Positions 51,749 through 61,433 of a stretch of 64,000 nt of DNA are shown in pieces. Source of the stretch: Rhodospirillaceae bacterium (lineage in GTDB: Bacteria > Pseudomonadota > Alphaproteobacteria > TMED109); NCBI GenBank assembly GCA_902615805.1, contig CACMQH010000001.1:157222-221221 (forward strand). The letters run 5' to 3'. A program made the position numbers and the translations under genes. Below the pieces are notes generated by a model, which was given only the letters and a program-made list of their open reading frames with translations, searched no databases and was not told the DNA's origin. Numbering within the stretch: position 1 is the stretch's first letter; each line of letters begins with the position of its first letter.

Positions 51749-52753
51749 TTATAAGCTATTAACTAACTTTTTTATTTCATTGGTTTTCAAAAAAACTGTA
51801 TTATTTTCACTTGAATATTCAAAAGGTTTCAGTACTTTCTTGCCATTTTGTTTAATATTTTTCTTAATTTTTTTCCTATCCCACCAACTTAACATTGGTT
51901 GAATTATATAGTAATCTTTCATCTCTATACAATTCAAAGACTCTTCTTTGGGTATCATAACTTCGTGCAACTTTTCTCCTGGTCTAATACCTATTAATTT
52001 AAAATCTTCAGAATCCGTCATTGCATATATTAATTTTCTAATTTCTATGCTTGGTAATTTAGGAACAAATATTTCTCCTCCACTCATATTTTTAAGACAA
52101 TTAAAAACAAAATTAATTCCATCTTCAATTGAAATTACAAATCTAGTCATTTTTTTATCTGTTAAAGGTAATTTTCTTACACCTTTGTCAATCAACTCTT
52201 TAAAATATGGTATTACACTTCCTCGAGACCCTAAAACATTTCCATATCTAACTATAGAAAACCTTGTTCTTTTTTTTCCTACTAAATTATTCGCAGCTAC
52301 AAATAATTTATCAGCGCATAATTTTGTTGCTCCATAAAGGTTTATAGGGTTAGCGGCTTTATCAGTTGATAATGCTATTACCTTTTCTACTTCATTAATA
52401 ATACTTGCATCTATTAAGTTTTGAGCTCCAATAATATTCGTAGCTATACATTCAGTAGGATTATATTCAGAAGCAGGCACTTGTTTCATTGCGGCGGCAT
52501 GTATTATAATATCAATGTTAGCACAAGCCCTAATTAATCTCTCTCTATCTCTCATATCTCCTAAAAAGTATCTTATTGGAAATTTTTTTTCAGAAAACCT
52601 TTGTGTCAATTGAAATTGTTTTAATTCATCTCTGCTATAAACTATAATTTTTTTTGGCTTGCTAGAATATAGAATACTTTTTAAGCAGTTAGTTCCAAAA
52701 AAACCTGTTGCTCCAGTAATTAAAATAGATTTATTATCGAAAATTGATTTCAC
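51749..52753 (-). CDS. pseB: UDP-GlcNAc 4,6-dehydratase (inverting)
   Basis: SRDELKQ, AAAMKQVPASEYNP, ALSTDKAANPINLYGATKL, RYGNVLGSRGSV, GIRPGEKLHE. Confidence 0.93.
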   Translation of the reverse strand: MKSIFDNKSILITGATGFFGTNCLKSILYSSKPKKIIVYSRDELKQFQLTQRFSEKKFPIRYFLGDMRDRERLIRACANIDIIIHAAAMKQVPASEYNPTECIATNIIGAQNLIDASIINEVEKVIALSTDKAANPINLYGATKLCADKLFVAANNLVGKKRTRFSIVRYGNVLGSRGSVIPYFKELIDKGVRKLPLTDKKMTRFVISIEDGINFVFNCLKNMSGGEIFVPKLPSIEIRKLIYAMTDSEDFKLIGIRPGEKLHEVMIPKEESLNCIEMKDYYIIQPMLSWWDRKKIKKNIKQNGKKVLKPFEYSSENNTVFLKTNEIKKLVNSL

Positions 52754-54555
52754 TTAAATTCTCTTTTATATTTACTTGGATTTCCCTCATAAACTACTTT
52801 GCCGTTTTTAATTTCAATAATGTGGTCTGCGTTTATAAAAGAGAATACCCTATGAGATATTAAAATTATAGTTATTTTTTTATTCTTTTTATTAATAGTT
52901 TTTAAACTTTTTTGAATTATGTCATCAGTTTTTGTATCAACTGCACTTGTAGCTTCATCTAATATTAATATTTCACTATTTTTTAATATTGCCCTTGCTA
53001 AAATAAGTCTCTGTCTTTGACCTCCAGATAGACTTTTTCCTAATAAGCCTACTTTGGTGTCAAGTTTTTTAGGTAATAAACTAACAAAGTGGTCCATTTT
53101 TACTAACGCTAGAGCATTCCATATATTTTTTTTTGATATATTCTTTGATCCATAAGTAATATTTCTAAGTATGCTATCATTAAATAAAAAGGGGTCCTGA
53201 GGAATATAAGTAATCATTTCTCTTATACACTTTTCTTTAATATTGTTAATTTCGTAATTATCAAAAAAAATCTTTCCTTTATTAGCTGTTAATACTTTAG
53301 AAAGCAAACTCACAATAGTTGATTTTCCTGAACCAGAAGGACCAGAAATTGCATTAATCTTACCGACTTTTACTGTAAAGCTTAAATTAGTCAAAATATT
53401 CTTTTGATCTTCTTTATACTTAAAATATACATTTTTAAATTTCATTTCTTTATTTAAATTTAAATTAGTAATATTTCCTTCATCCTTTGTAGTTAATTTA
53501 TGAGCAGTTTTATAAATTTTTGCGCAAAAAACATATGATGGTAAAAGCTCAACTAGTCTATTGACATTGTGCTGAAAAACTTTAAAAGTAGGGGTAAGCC
53601 TCATAAATGCAATGCCAAATATGACAATTTTAGTTGCATCAAAATTCAGTTTAGAAATTAATACATTTAAAATTAACAAAATTAATGTAGTTGATACCGA
53701 TACATACACTAATTGTGCAGTTGCCGAAACTCTTGTAACGTTAACCGAATTTTCATAGAGACTGTTTTGTACTACTAATAACTTAGAAGTTTCTTTATCA
53801 ACAGTATCAAAAGTTTTTATTGTCTGCCAACCTAAAAATCTTTCAGTAATAAGATCTCTGTATTTTGACCTTAATTCTACTAAGTTTTCGCCTATTCTTT
53901 TGGTTCTAATTGCATATTTACTTCCTGTGATAAATATAACCAAGACTAAGAATAAAACGCCTATTAAAGTAGGAACGAAAGCGGTTAATGCTAATACTGT
54001 TATATAAATTAGCATAGTTAATATATTAGTATAAAAAGTAAAATAGCTTTTCATTGTCATTGCTATCATTGAGGGTTCTATATCCGTGGCATTGATAAAT
54101 TTACCTGTATTTAATTCGTTCATAAAATTATATGATGATTTCATTAGACAACTAAACATCTCTAGATTAACTTTTTTATGGATACCTGCTGTTATTTTTT
54201 GAATTAAAATCATATTAAAAAAATTTAAAATTTGTCGTAAAATTATAAATATTACGGCAATACAGGTTAACAAAAGTGTGTTTATTTTAATTCCGAAAAT
54301 ATCTAAAAAGTTGTATAAATATAAACATAATATTGAAGATTCTTTAAACTTTTCTATATCTCCTTCAACTTGAATAAAACTTAATAGCGGCACCAGAATA
54401 GACACTCCTAAACCTTCAAATACTAAAGTCAAAGTACCTAGCAAAAAACCTAAGTATATGTTGGTTTTATTTAATGCTTTAATAGTGTTCAAAAAATTTA
54501 GGTGCCCATAAATATAATTCCTTAAACTTAAAAGCTTTTTTAAATTTCCAAACAT
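52750..54555 (-). CDS. ABC transporter permease/ATPase fusion (PglK/MsbA-like glycan flippase)
   Basis: N-terminal TM helices, GPSGSGKST, LSGGQRQR, ILDEATS, SHR. Confidence 0.88.
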   Translation of the reverse strand: MFGNLKKLLSLRNYIYGHLNFLNTIKALNKTNIYLGFLLGTLTLVFEGLGVSILVPLLSFIQVEGDIEKFKESSILCLYLYNFLDIFGIKINTLLLTCIAVIFIILRQILNFFNMILIQKITAGIHKKVNLEMFSCLMKSSYNFMNELNTGKFINATDIEPSMIAMTMKSYFTFYTNILTMLIYITVLALTAFVPTLIGVLFLVLVIFITGSKYAIRTKRIGENLVELRSKYRDLITERFLGWQTIKTFDTVDKETSKLLVVQNSLYENSVNVTRVSATAQLVYVSVSTTLILLILNVLISKLNFDATKIVIFGIAFMRLTPTFKVFQHNVNRLVELLPSYVFCAKIYKTAHKLTTKDEGNITNLNLNKEMKFKNVYFKYKEDQKNILTNLSFTVKVGKINAISGPSGSGKSTIVSLLSKVLTANKGKIFFDNYEINNIKEKCIREMITYIPQDPFLFNDSILRNITYGSKNISKKNIWNALALVKMDHFVSLLPKKLDTKVGLLGKSLSGGQRQRLILARAILKNSEILILDEATSAVDTKTDDIIQKSLKTINKKNKKITIILISHRVFSFINADHIIEIKNGKVVYEGNPSKYKREFK

Positions 54556-54559
54556 ATCA

Positions 54560-55234
54560 TTAATTTATGATTTTTTTAATTATGAAAAATGCTTCTGCCA
54601 TTTTAAGACCAGATTCTGCTCCTCTTTTTATTGCAAGTGCCTCTAAACTTTTTATAGACCTTGGATGTGGAAAATTTCCTAATTCCTTATTATAGTTTTT
54701 TAATGCTTTTATTTTCTTTTTCCAAACATTTGAAACTGATATATATAAGTTTGGTTGAAAAATAAAACCACTTATATTCGGAGTCTGATCTGTACTAGAA
54801 GGTGTTTCAAACGCTCTTATTTCAGGCATAGAATTCAAAAAAGTCATAGGCCTTAAAGCTGCTAAGCTTGCTTTTGCAGCTAGTTCATGATCTTTGTTAA
54901 TGTCTGATGGATTGTGTATATAAACTATGTCAGGTTTAACACTTTCTAAAGCATTTTCTACCTCAGTAACTAGTTGTTGCTGTGGTACTGTATCTAACTG
55001 TTGATCAGGATAAAAAGCTATTTTGTATATTTTAGTATTAGTCTCGGAGGCCCAGTTTTCAGCTGCTTTAATTCTATTAGGATTCATATCTTCTAGGTAT
55101 TTTTTAGCTTCCTCTCCCTCTGAAAATATTAAGATGTATACCTCATCACCTTCATCACTATGTCTTATTAGTGTACCTCCTGGGCCTAATGCTTCGTCAT
55201 CTGGATGTGCGGCTATGCATAATATCTTTTTCAT
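54560..55234 (-). CDS. PIG-L/LmbE family N-deacetylase
   Basis: AAHPDDEALG, H...DINKDH, ETPSST, PHPRS, AEAF. Confidence 0.92.
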   Translation of the reverse strand: MKKILCIAAHPDDEALGPGGTLIRHSDEGDEVYILIFSEGEEAKKYLEDMNPNRIKAAENWASETNTKIYKIAFYPDQQLDTVPQQQLVTEVENALESVKPDIVYIHNPSDINKDHELAAKASLAALRPMTFLNSMPEIRAFETPSSTDQTPNISGFIFQPNLYISVSNVWKKKIKALKNYNKELGNFPHPRSIKSLEALAIKRGAESGLKMAEAFFIIKKIIN

Positions 55235-55310
55235 ATTCTTACTATTAAAATATTAATTTACTTTATCTCAAACAAAATATTACAATCAAACATAATATAA
55301 CATAAAGATA

Positions 55311-56171
55311 TCACCATTTTCTAGGATCAATCAATTGTTCATTTATACTTTTAGCCCAGGTAGGAAAATTAATATTTTTTCTTCTCACCCTAAGTATTTT
55401 TTTCAATTGATTTATATTATCAACCCCCAATACCATTTTTGAAATTTCTGATTTTTTTAAAATAAAGTTTATACAAGCCTCTGTAGGAGTTAAACGATTT
55501 TTTTGCAACCATAGGTAATATTTATTCCATATATTTTCATATTTTAAAAATTTTGAGGGTAACTCATTTTTTTTTTTTAGCAAAAGCCCTTGTAAAAAAA
55601 TTGATCTACAATGTATTTCCACATTATTTTTATATAGCTTTTTTATCCATCCACTTTTTTCTATTCTTCTGTCAAAAATGCTATATGGAGCTTGTATTAT
55701 ATCAGGTTTTAATTTATCAAAACACACATCCAATTCTGTATAATCATAAATAGTTATACCAAGTTTTTTAATTATACCTTTTTTTTTTAAATTATGTGCT
55801 AATTCCCAAAAATAAATATTATTTTTAGCTACTAGAGCTTTAGGGTTTCTGAATAATAAAGCATATATTTTTTTTAATTTTAAACTTTCTAATGAATTAG
55901 TTATCGTATCTTTAAAATAGCCTTCGCCTGAGGTTTTAACTTTTTTAATATCTGGCATTTTGGTAATAACTTTAAATGGGTTGCTTCCCGCTTCTCCAAT
56001 TAAAGTTTCTGCATTTTTATAGTCAGGGGAAGTATCTATAGTGTCAATATTATGATTTCTACAAAAATTTAAAAGCTTCTTAACCATAATTTTGTTTATA
56101 TTTTTGTTTTTTAAAAGTCCATAACTACTATCAAAGTTAGCTGTACCTAAAACTATTTTATTGCAAATCAT
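55311..56171 (-). CDS. Aldo/keto reductase
   Basis: LGTANF...YG, IDTSPDY..AE, ITK, RSIFLQGLL. Confidence 0.88.
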   Translation of the reverse strand: MICNKIVLGTANFDSSYGLLKNKNINKIMVKKLLNFCRNHNIDTIDTSPDYKNAETLIGEAGSNPFKVITKMPDIKKVKTSGEGYFKDTITNSLESLKLKKIYALLFRNPKALVAKNNIYFWELAHNLKKKGIIKKLGITIYDYTELDVCFDKLKPDIIQAPYSIFDRRIEKSGWIKKLYKNNVEIHCRSIFLQGLLLKKKNELPSKFLKYENIWNKYYLWLQKNRLTPTEACINFILKKSEISKMVLGVDNINQLKKILRVRRKNINFPTWAKSINEQLIDPRKW

Positions 56172-56172
56172 A

Positions 56173-58236
56173 CTACCTAACTTTAAAAACTGACTCTATC
56201 ATATTACCTTTTAAATACTTCTTTGGGTTTTTAGAAGATTTAATATAATTAAAAGAATCTATGGCTAATTTAAAACGTCTGATTGTATCTCTTTTAATAT
56301 TCTCATTATTATGGCTTAAACATAAGTTTAGACTTGCACCTAAAAACAGACCACTTGAAATAAGTTCTTGTCTAAATAAACTGCTATAAATATTTTTATC
56401 TATTTTAGTTTTTTTAATATTCAATCTAGGCCACCAGTTATTACCTTCAAATACTATTTCATCTAATAAGTTTTGTTGCTTCAATTGTTTGTTTAACTCT
56501 TCTTTTAAAAAACCACCGAGTTTTTCTAACTTTTCTATTACGTTTTCCCTTTCTAAAATTTCTATTGTTTTAAGACACGCTTCAATTGATAACAATTCAC
56601 CTGCAAAAGTTCCAGATATAAAAACATCACCTAACTTTTTCATTAATTTTTTTTTACCAACTAATGCTGCTAAAGGATAACCATTAGCCATAGCCTTGCC
56701 AAAACAACCAAGGTCTGGCCAGATCTTATATTTTTTAGCTGCTCCTCCAAGTTTGGTTCTAAACCCACAAATTATTTCATCAAAAATTAAAACTATTCCA
56801 TACTTATCACAAATTTTTCTAACCTCTTTTAAAAATGTAATATCTGGTTTATCAAATGTATCAGGCTCAAGTACAATTGCTGCAAATTTTTCAGCATTTT
56901 TTCCTAATACTTCTTCTAAAGAATTTAAATCATTAAAAATAAATTTTTTAGTAAGCTTACTTACTGCTTTTGGTATACCCAAATTTCTTGTTGTGCTTCC
57001 AATATACCAATCATGCCAACCATGATATCCTGATACAGCTATTAGATCTCTATTAGTTGAAGCTCTAGCTAGCCTAACAGCTGCTGATAATACATCTGAA
57101 CCATTTTTAGAAAACTTTACCATTTCTGCGTATGGTATCATTTTTATTAATTTTTCTGACAATTCAATTTCTTTAGGATGCGATAAAGATAGAATATTTC
57201 CCTGCCTAGCTTGTCTATAAACTGCTTGATCAACTTCTTTATTAGCGTAACCAATAATAATAGGCATTAAAGCCAAAAGGTAATCGATATATTTATTATC
57301 ATCTACATCAACAATATAACATCCCTTACCTCTCTTTAAAAATAATGGGCTCACATTTAAAGGCCATTGTAAATATGATTTAGAAAAGGTTTGAGAAGCT
57401 GTAGGTATTATTTTAATTGCTTTTCTAAATAAAAAATTAGATTTCTTAAATGATTTATTTTTTTTAATTGAACGCATATCTATTCTTGACCCCTCATTCA
57501 ACTTTATATGATTATTTATTTTTTTTAAATAAGGTTTTTTTTGCATAAGTTTAACTACTTCTTTCCAAGAACAAAAATCATTTAGTTGAGAGTAAATTTC
57601 TCTTATTAAAAGTAAATCTTCTTTTCTATCTAATGTTATTCTATAACTACTATAATCTTTTTTGTACAAAAACTGATGAACGTTAAAGCTTCCTACTCTA
57701 ATAGATTTAGACACTTTTCCATGCATATATGGTGTAACATGCTCTTTTAAAAAGGGGTGCTTAGCATTGTAGTAAGTCTTTTTTAAGGTTACTGCTGAAA
57801 ATATTTCAACATCTAACCCGTCAGGAAAAGTTCTTTCTATTGTATTAGAAAAATAATCATATTTTTTTATTTTAATTTCTTTTATCATTTCATCGATTAT
57901 TCTCCAGTCTATAAGAGGACAATCTGCTGTTATACGGACAATATAACTTGGATTAGTAATTTTTGAAATTTTATAAAATCTTGATAAAACATTAGAAACA
58001 CTGCCTTGAAAATAATGTATTTTTTTAAAGTCGCAAATTTTTTTTAATCTTCTATCAATATTTAAATATGAAGTTGCTAACCAAATTTCATCAATTAACT
58101 TACTTTTTTTAATTCTTTCTATAACCCTTTCAATACAGGTTTTCCCATCTATATCCATTAATACTTTTTCAGGTAGCCGCTTAGAATTTAGACGGGCTTG
58201 AATAATGCAAACTATGTTACTTTTTTTATTCTTCAC
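56173..58236 (-). CDS. SpsF/PseF-type cytidylyltransferase fused to a class III (GSA-like) aminotransferase
   Basis: N-terminal QARLNSKRLPEKVL, RITADCP, PDGLDVE, EHVT; C-terminal QTFSK, KNGSD, YHGWHDW, FDEI..GFR, FGKAMANGYP. Confidence 0.9.
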   Translation of the reverse strand: MKNKKSNIVCIIQARLNSKRLPEKVLMDIDGKTCIERVIERIKKSKLIDEIWLATSYLNIDRRLKKICDFKKIHYFQGSVSNVLSRFYKISKITNPSYIVRITADCPLIDWRIIDEMIKEIKIKKYDYFSNTIERTFPDGLDVEIFSAVTLKKTYYNAKHPFLKEHVTPYMHGKVSKSIRVGSFNVHQFLYKKDYSSYRITLDRKEDLLLIREIYSQLNDFCSWKEVVKLMQKKPYLKKINNHIKLNEGSRIDMRSIKKNKSFKKSNFLFRKAIKIIPTASQTFSKSYLQWPLNVSPLFLKRGKGCYIVDVDDNKYIDYLLALMPIIIGYANKEVDQAVYRQARQGNILSLSHPKEIELSEKLIKMIPYAEMVKFSKNGSDVLSAAVRLARASTNRDLIAVSGYHGWHDWYIGSTTRNLGIPKAVSKLTKKFIFNDLNSLEEVLGKNAEKFAAIVLEPDTFDKPDITFLKEVRKICDKYGIVLIFDEIICGFRTKLGGAAKKYKIWPDLGCFGKAMANGYPLAALVGKKKLMKKLGDVFISGTFAGELLSIEACLKTIEILERENVIEKLEKLGGFLKEELNKQLKQQNLLDEIVFEGNNWWPRLNIKKTKIDKNIYSSLFRQELISSGLFLGASLNLCLSHNNENIKRDTIRRFKLAIDSFNYIKSSKNPKKYLKGNMIESVFKVR

Positions 58237-59221
58237 TATGAACTATATTTATAAGTTTTTTGTTTTCTTTAATGGCAATTATATTTTTAGAAATTATTTT
58301 AATTCTTCTTTCTAAAAGGCTTTCAGTAAGAGCAGATAAATGGGGCGTCATTACTATATTTTTCAATTTGGCGAAATCATATTTAGAAGGCTTGAAATAC
58401 TTGTGATTATCATTTTCAGGGTATTTGTACCAGGTATCAATTATAGCGCCTCCAATTATATTATTCTTTAAGGAAAAATATAAATCCTTTTCATTTACTA
58501 TAGGCCCTCTTGCTATATTAACTATAACGGAATTCTTTTTCATTTTAATAATTTCTTTTTTTGTAATTAGGTTCAAAGTACTTTTATTTAAATCACATGC
58601 TACAATCAAATAATCATATTCTTTTATGTTTTTTTTTATGTTTTTTATTAAGACATTCTTATGAAAAAAAGTATCTTTTTTAATTTTTTTTCTTGTGATT
58701 ACTGTTACGTTAGTATTAAAAACACTTAGTTTTTTTGCAATTTCTTTACCTATTCTTCCATATCCTAAAATAGCTATTTTTTTTTTATTAAGTTCACCGT
58801 GAGGATAACTTGAAAATAACATACTATCTTCCCAGTTATAAAGTTTAAATTTTTTAATTTTATTAATTAAATTAATTTCCCAATTTAATAAATTTGCTAG
58901 AACAAATTCTGAAATTGCTATTTCATGCTCGTATACATTGCAAACTGCGCATCCTAGAGGAATCTTGGAAAAATTAATACCATCTATTCCTGACCCAGGC
59001 AAATGAATCAATTTTAATTGTTTTAAATCAGGAATTTTTTTTGCTAAATTCCTGCCCCAAATTGACTTTCCCCATGTCATAGAAATTAATACATCAATAT
59101 TTTTAAATGTTTTTAAATTTTCATCATATAAGGAACTAAAATATTTAACTACAAAACCTTTTCTCAAATACTTCTTGAGCATCATAGCATAGGCGAAACG
59201 TCCTATTACAGCAATTTTCAT
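58226..59221 (-). CDS. D-isomer-specific 2-hydroxyacid dehydrogenase
   Basis: GYGRIG, NIARG, IDTW..YP, MTPH.S. Confidence 0.88.
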   Translation of the reverse strand: MKIAVIGRFAYAMMLKKYLRKGFVVKYFSSLYDENLKTFKNIDVLISMTWGKSIWGRNLAKKIPDLKQLKLIHLPGSGIDGINFSKIPLGCAVCNVYEHEIAISEFVLANLLNWEINLINKIKKFKLYNWEDSMLFSSYPHGELNKKKIAILGYGRIGKEIAKKLSVFNTNVTVITRKKIKKDTFFHKNVLIKNIKKNIKEYDYLIVACDLNKSTLNLITKKEIIKMKKNSVIVNIARGPIVNEKDLYFSLKNNIIGGAIIDTWYKYPENDNHKYFKPSKYDFAKLKNIVMTPHLSALTESLLERRIKIISKNIIAIKENKKLINIVHSEE

Positions 59222-59281
59222 ATTTAAACTTTTGATATTTTAATAATTTTATTTATAATAATAAATTTAGTATTTAATAGT

Positions 59282-60265
59282 TTGAATTACAACACTTATA
59301 TAATAGCAGAAATAGGTATTAACCATGAAGGAAATTATAGCCTTTGTGAAGAAATGGTCTACGCAGCAAAAGAGGCAGGCGTTAAAGCAGTTAAACTCCA
59401 AACAATAGATGCAGAAAAAAATTATGCTAAAGATACAGAGAGTTATAAGATTTTTAATAAATCGCAATTAAGCCAAAATGAAACTAAAAAAATTTTTGCA
59501 CTTTCAAAAAAACTCAATTTAGATGTTTTTACTACTGTAGGAGATATTGAAACAGCTACATGGATTAAAAAATTAAAACCATCTGCTTGGAAAATATCCT
59601 CTAGTCTGTTTACACATTTGCCATTAATTAATCATCTGTGCGATTTTAAAGAAGAAATATTTTTATCCACTGGGTTAGCAAATAATAAAGAAATTGCGGA
59701 TGTAATTAATGTTATAAAAAAGAAAGGAAAAAAAAACTATAAGTTACTTCACTGTGTGAGTAAGTATCCAACAAAACCTATAGAGGCAAACCTTTCTAGA
59801 ATTAAATATTTGAAAAAAAGATATGGTGTAGAGGTAGGCTATTCTGATCATTCAATTGGTAATTTAGCCTCTTGTATAGCTGTTTCACAGGGAGCAAGTA
59901 TAGTAGAAAAACATTTTACTTACGATGCTAATAGAAAAGGCTTTGATCATAAAATTTCTCTGGATTATAAAGGAATGAAAAAATTAGTAGAGAGAATTAT
60001 AGAAACAGAAAGAATGCTAAAAAATGAAAATGATTTTTTTAAAACAATTAAAAAGAATAGAGAAAAATTTCTTAGAGTAATAGTAGCAAATAAAAAAATC
60101 AAAAGAGGAACTACTTTTAAAAAAACTAATATAACTATAAAAAGAGTACAAAATAATAAAAAAGGATTATCTCCTATTAAATTTTCAAAACTGTTAGGTA
60201 AATATTCCATTGAAAGTTATTTAAAAGATCAAATTATTGATAAATTAGAGTTAAAAAATGACTAA
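59282..60265 (+). CDS. Canonical NeuB/PseI/LegI-type nonulosonate synthase with SAF domain
   Basis: AEIGINHEG, KLQT, LSTG, LHCVSKYP, GYSDHS, EKHFT, DHKIS. Confidence 0.92.
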   Translation: MNYNTYIIAEIGINHEGNYSLCEEMVYAAKEAGVKAVKLQTIDAEKNYAKDTESYKIFNKSQLSQNETKKIFALSKKLNLDVFTTVGDIETATWIKKLKPSAWKISSSLFTHLPLINHLCDFKEEIFLSTGLANNKEIADVINVIKKKGKKNYKLLHCVSKYPTKPIEANLSRIKYLKKRYGVEVGYSDHSIGNLASCIAVSQGASIVEKHFTYDANRKGFDHKISLDYKGMKKLVERIIETERMLKNENDFFKTIKKNREKFLRVIVANKKIKRGTTFKKTNITIKRVQNNKKGLSPIKFSKLLGKYSIESYLKDQIIDKLELKND

Positions 60266-61277
60266 CATTATGATAACTTGCGTTGGTGGTGAGCTAATGC
60301 CACAGATAATAAAATCTTTAAAAGAAATTAAAGAGTTAAAATTATCAATTATTGGAACTGATTATAATGCTAATGCAATAGGAAAATACTTTTGCGATAA
60401 ATTTTTTACAGTACCTAAGGGTAATAATAAAAATTATATTTCTGCTTGCGAAGAAATAGTGAAAAGAGAAAAAATTAATCTGATTATTCCCACCTCAGAT
60501 GAAGAGGCATTATCTCTTTCAAAAAAGAAGAGTTTTTTTTCTAAAATTGGCACTACTATAGCTTGTATTGATAATAATAAATTGAAGGTTTTGAACGACA
60601 AGTCTAAAACTTATTCAAAATTAAGTGAGTTTAATATACCTACTGCAGAATGGGCATTAATTAAAAATAAAGAAGAATTAAAAAAAAAAATAATACTTTA
60701 TTTTAAAAAATATGGGGGAGCAGTAATTAAACCTTGCTTAGATAGAGGTAGCAGAAATATCTTCATTATCAGTAAAAATAAAAAAAAAAATACATCGAAT
60801 TCTAACATTAGTATATTCAATAACATTAACGAATTTCTCCCTATATTAGAAACAAAATCACTTTATAAAAATTACTTAGTTATGCAAGAGTTATCTGAAC
60901 CAGTGATAGATATTGACTTATTATCCTGGGAAGGAAAAAGTTTATCAGTCATTCCCAGGAAAAGGATTCATCCTTTATTCCCTAATAGGGGACATCAAAT
61001 ATTAGATAATGAAAAATTAATTAATTTAGGAAAAAAAATAATTAAGAACTTTGAGTTATCTTGGCTTTATGATTGTGATGTAATGTTTGATAATAAAAAA
61101 AATCCAATTATTATTGAAATTAACCCTCGCCAAAGTGGAAGTGTAGCCATAAGCATTGCTGCTGGTTTTAAAATTTATGAAAAACTAATAAAATTATATT
61201 TGAATAAAAAAGTTTATCCTGAAAAAAAACTTAATAAAAGTATTATTATACCCTATAAATCACTTTATAAGGCCTAG
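60258..61277 (+). CDS. ATP-grasp ligase (CarB/PylC-like)
   Basis: IIPTSDEE, NDK.KT, IKP...GSR, VMQE, IEINPRQSG. Confidence 0.85.
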   Translation: MTNIMITCVGGELMPQIIKSLKEIKELKLSIIGTDYNANAIGKYFCDKFFTVPKGNNKNYISACEEIVKREKINLIIPTSDEEALSLSKKKSFFSKIGTTIACIDNNKLKVLNDKSKTYSKLSEFNIPTAEWALIKNKEELKKKIILYFKKYGGAVIKPCLDRGSRNIFIISKNKKKNTSNSNISIFNNINEFLPILETKSLYKNYLVMQELSEPVIDIDLLSWEGKSLSVIPRKRIHPLFPNRGHQILDNEKLINLGKKIIKNFELSWLYDCDVMFDNKKNPIIIEINPRQSGSVAISIAAGFKIYEKLIKLYLNKKVYPEKKLNKSIIIPYKSLYKA

Positions 61278-61313
61278 GCTAAAAATTTTATTGTTATAAA
61301 TCAATTAATAGTT

Positions 61314-61400
61314 TGGTGCCCACTCCCGGACTCGAACCGGGACGTCCTTACGGACAAGGGATTTTAAGTCCCTTGCGTCTACCTATTCCGCCAAGTGGGC
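61314..61400 (-). tRNA. tRNA-Leu(TAA)
   Basis: GCCCACTTGGCGGAATAGGTAGACGCAAGGGACTTAAAATCCCTT...GGTTCGAGTCCGGGAGTGGGCACCA, 87 nt. Confidence 0.98.
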
Positions 61401-61433
61401 TAATTCTATACATTCATAGCAAATTAATTAAAT

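Larger units (their letters stand above)
12528..61277. other. Surface-glycan (nonulosonate / amino-uronate / sulfated glycan) genomic island
   Basis: About 37 consecutive sugar-biosynthesis or tailoring genes, visibly more AT-rich than rpoBC, bounded by tRNA-Gly and the 3' end of tRNA-Leu. Confidence 0.85.

Noticed and set aside
12528-61277. Prophage, ICE, IS element, CRISPR array or defence system within the island
   Set aside because: No integrase, transposase, phage structural, cas or nuclease motifs, and no regularly spaced repeats were seen.
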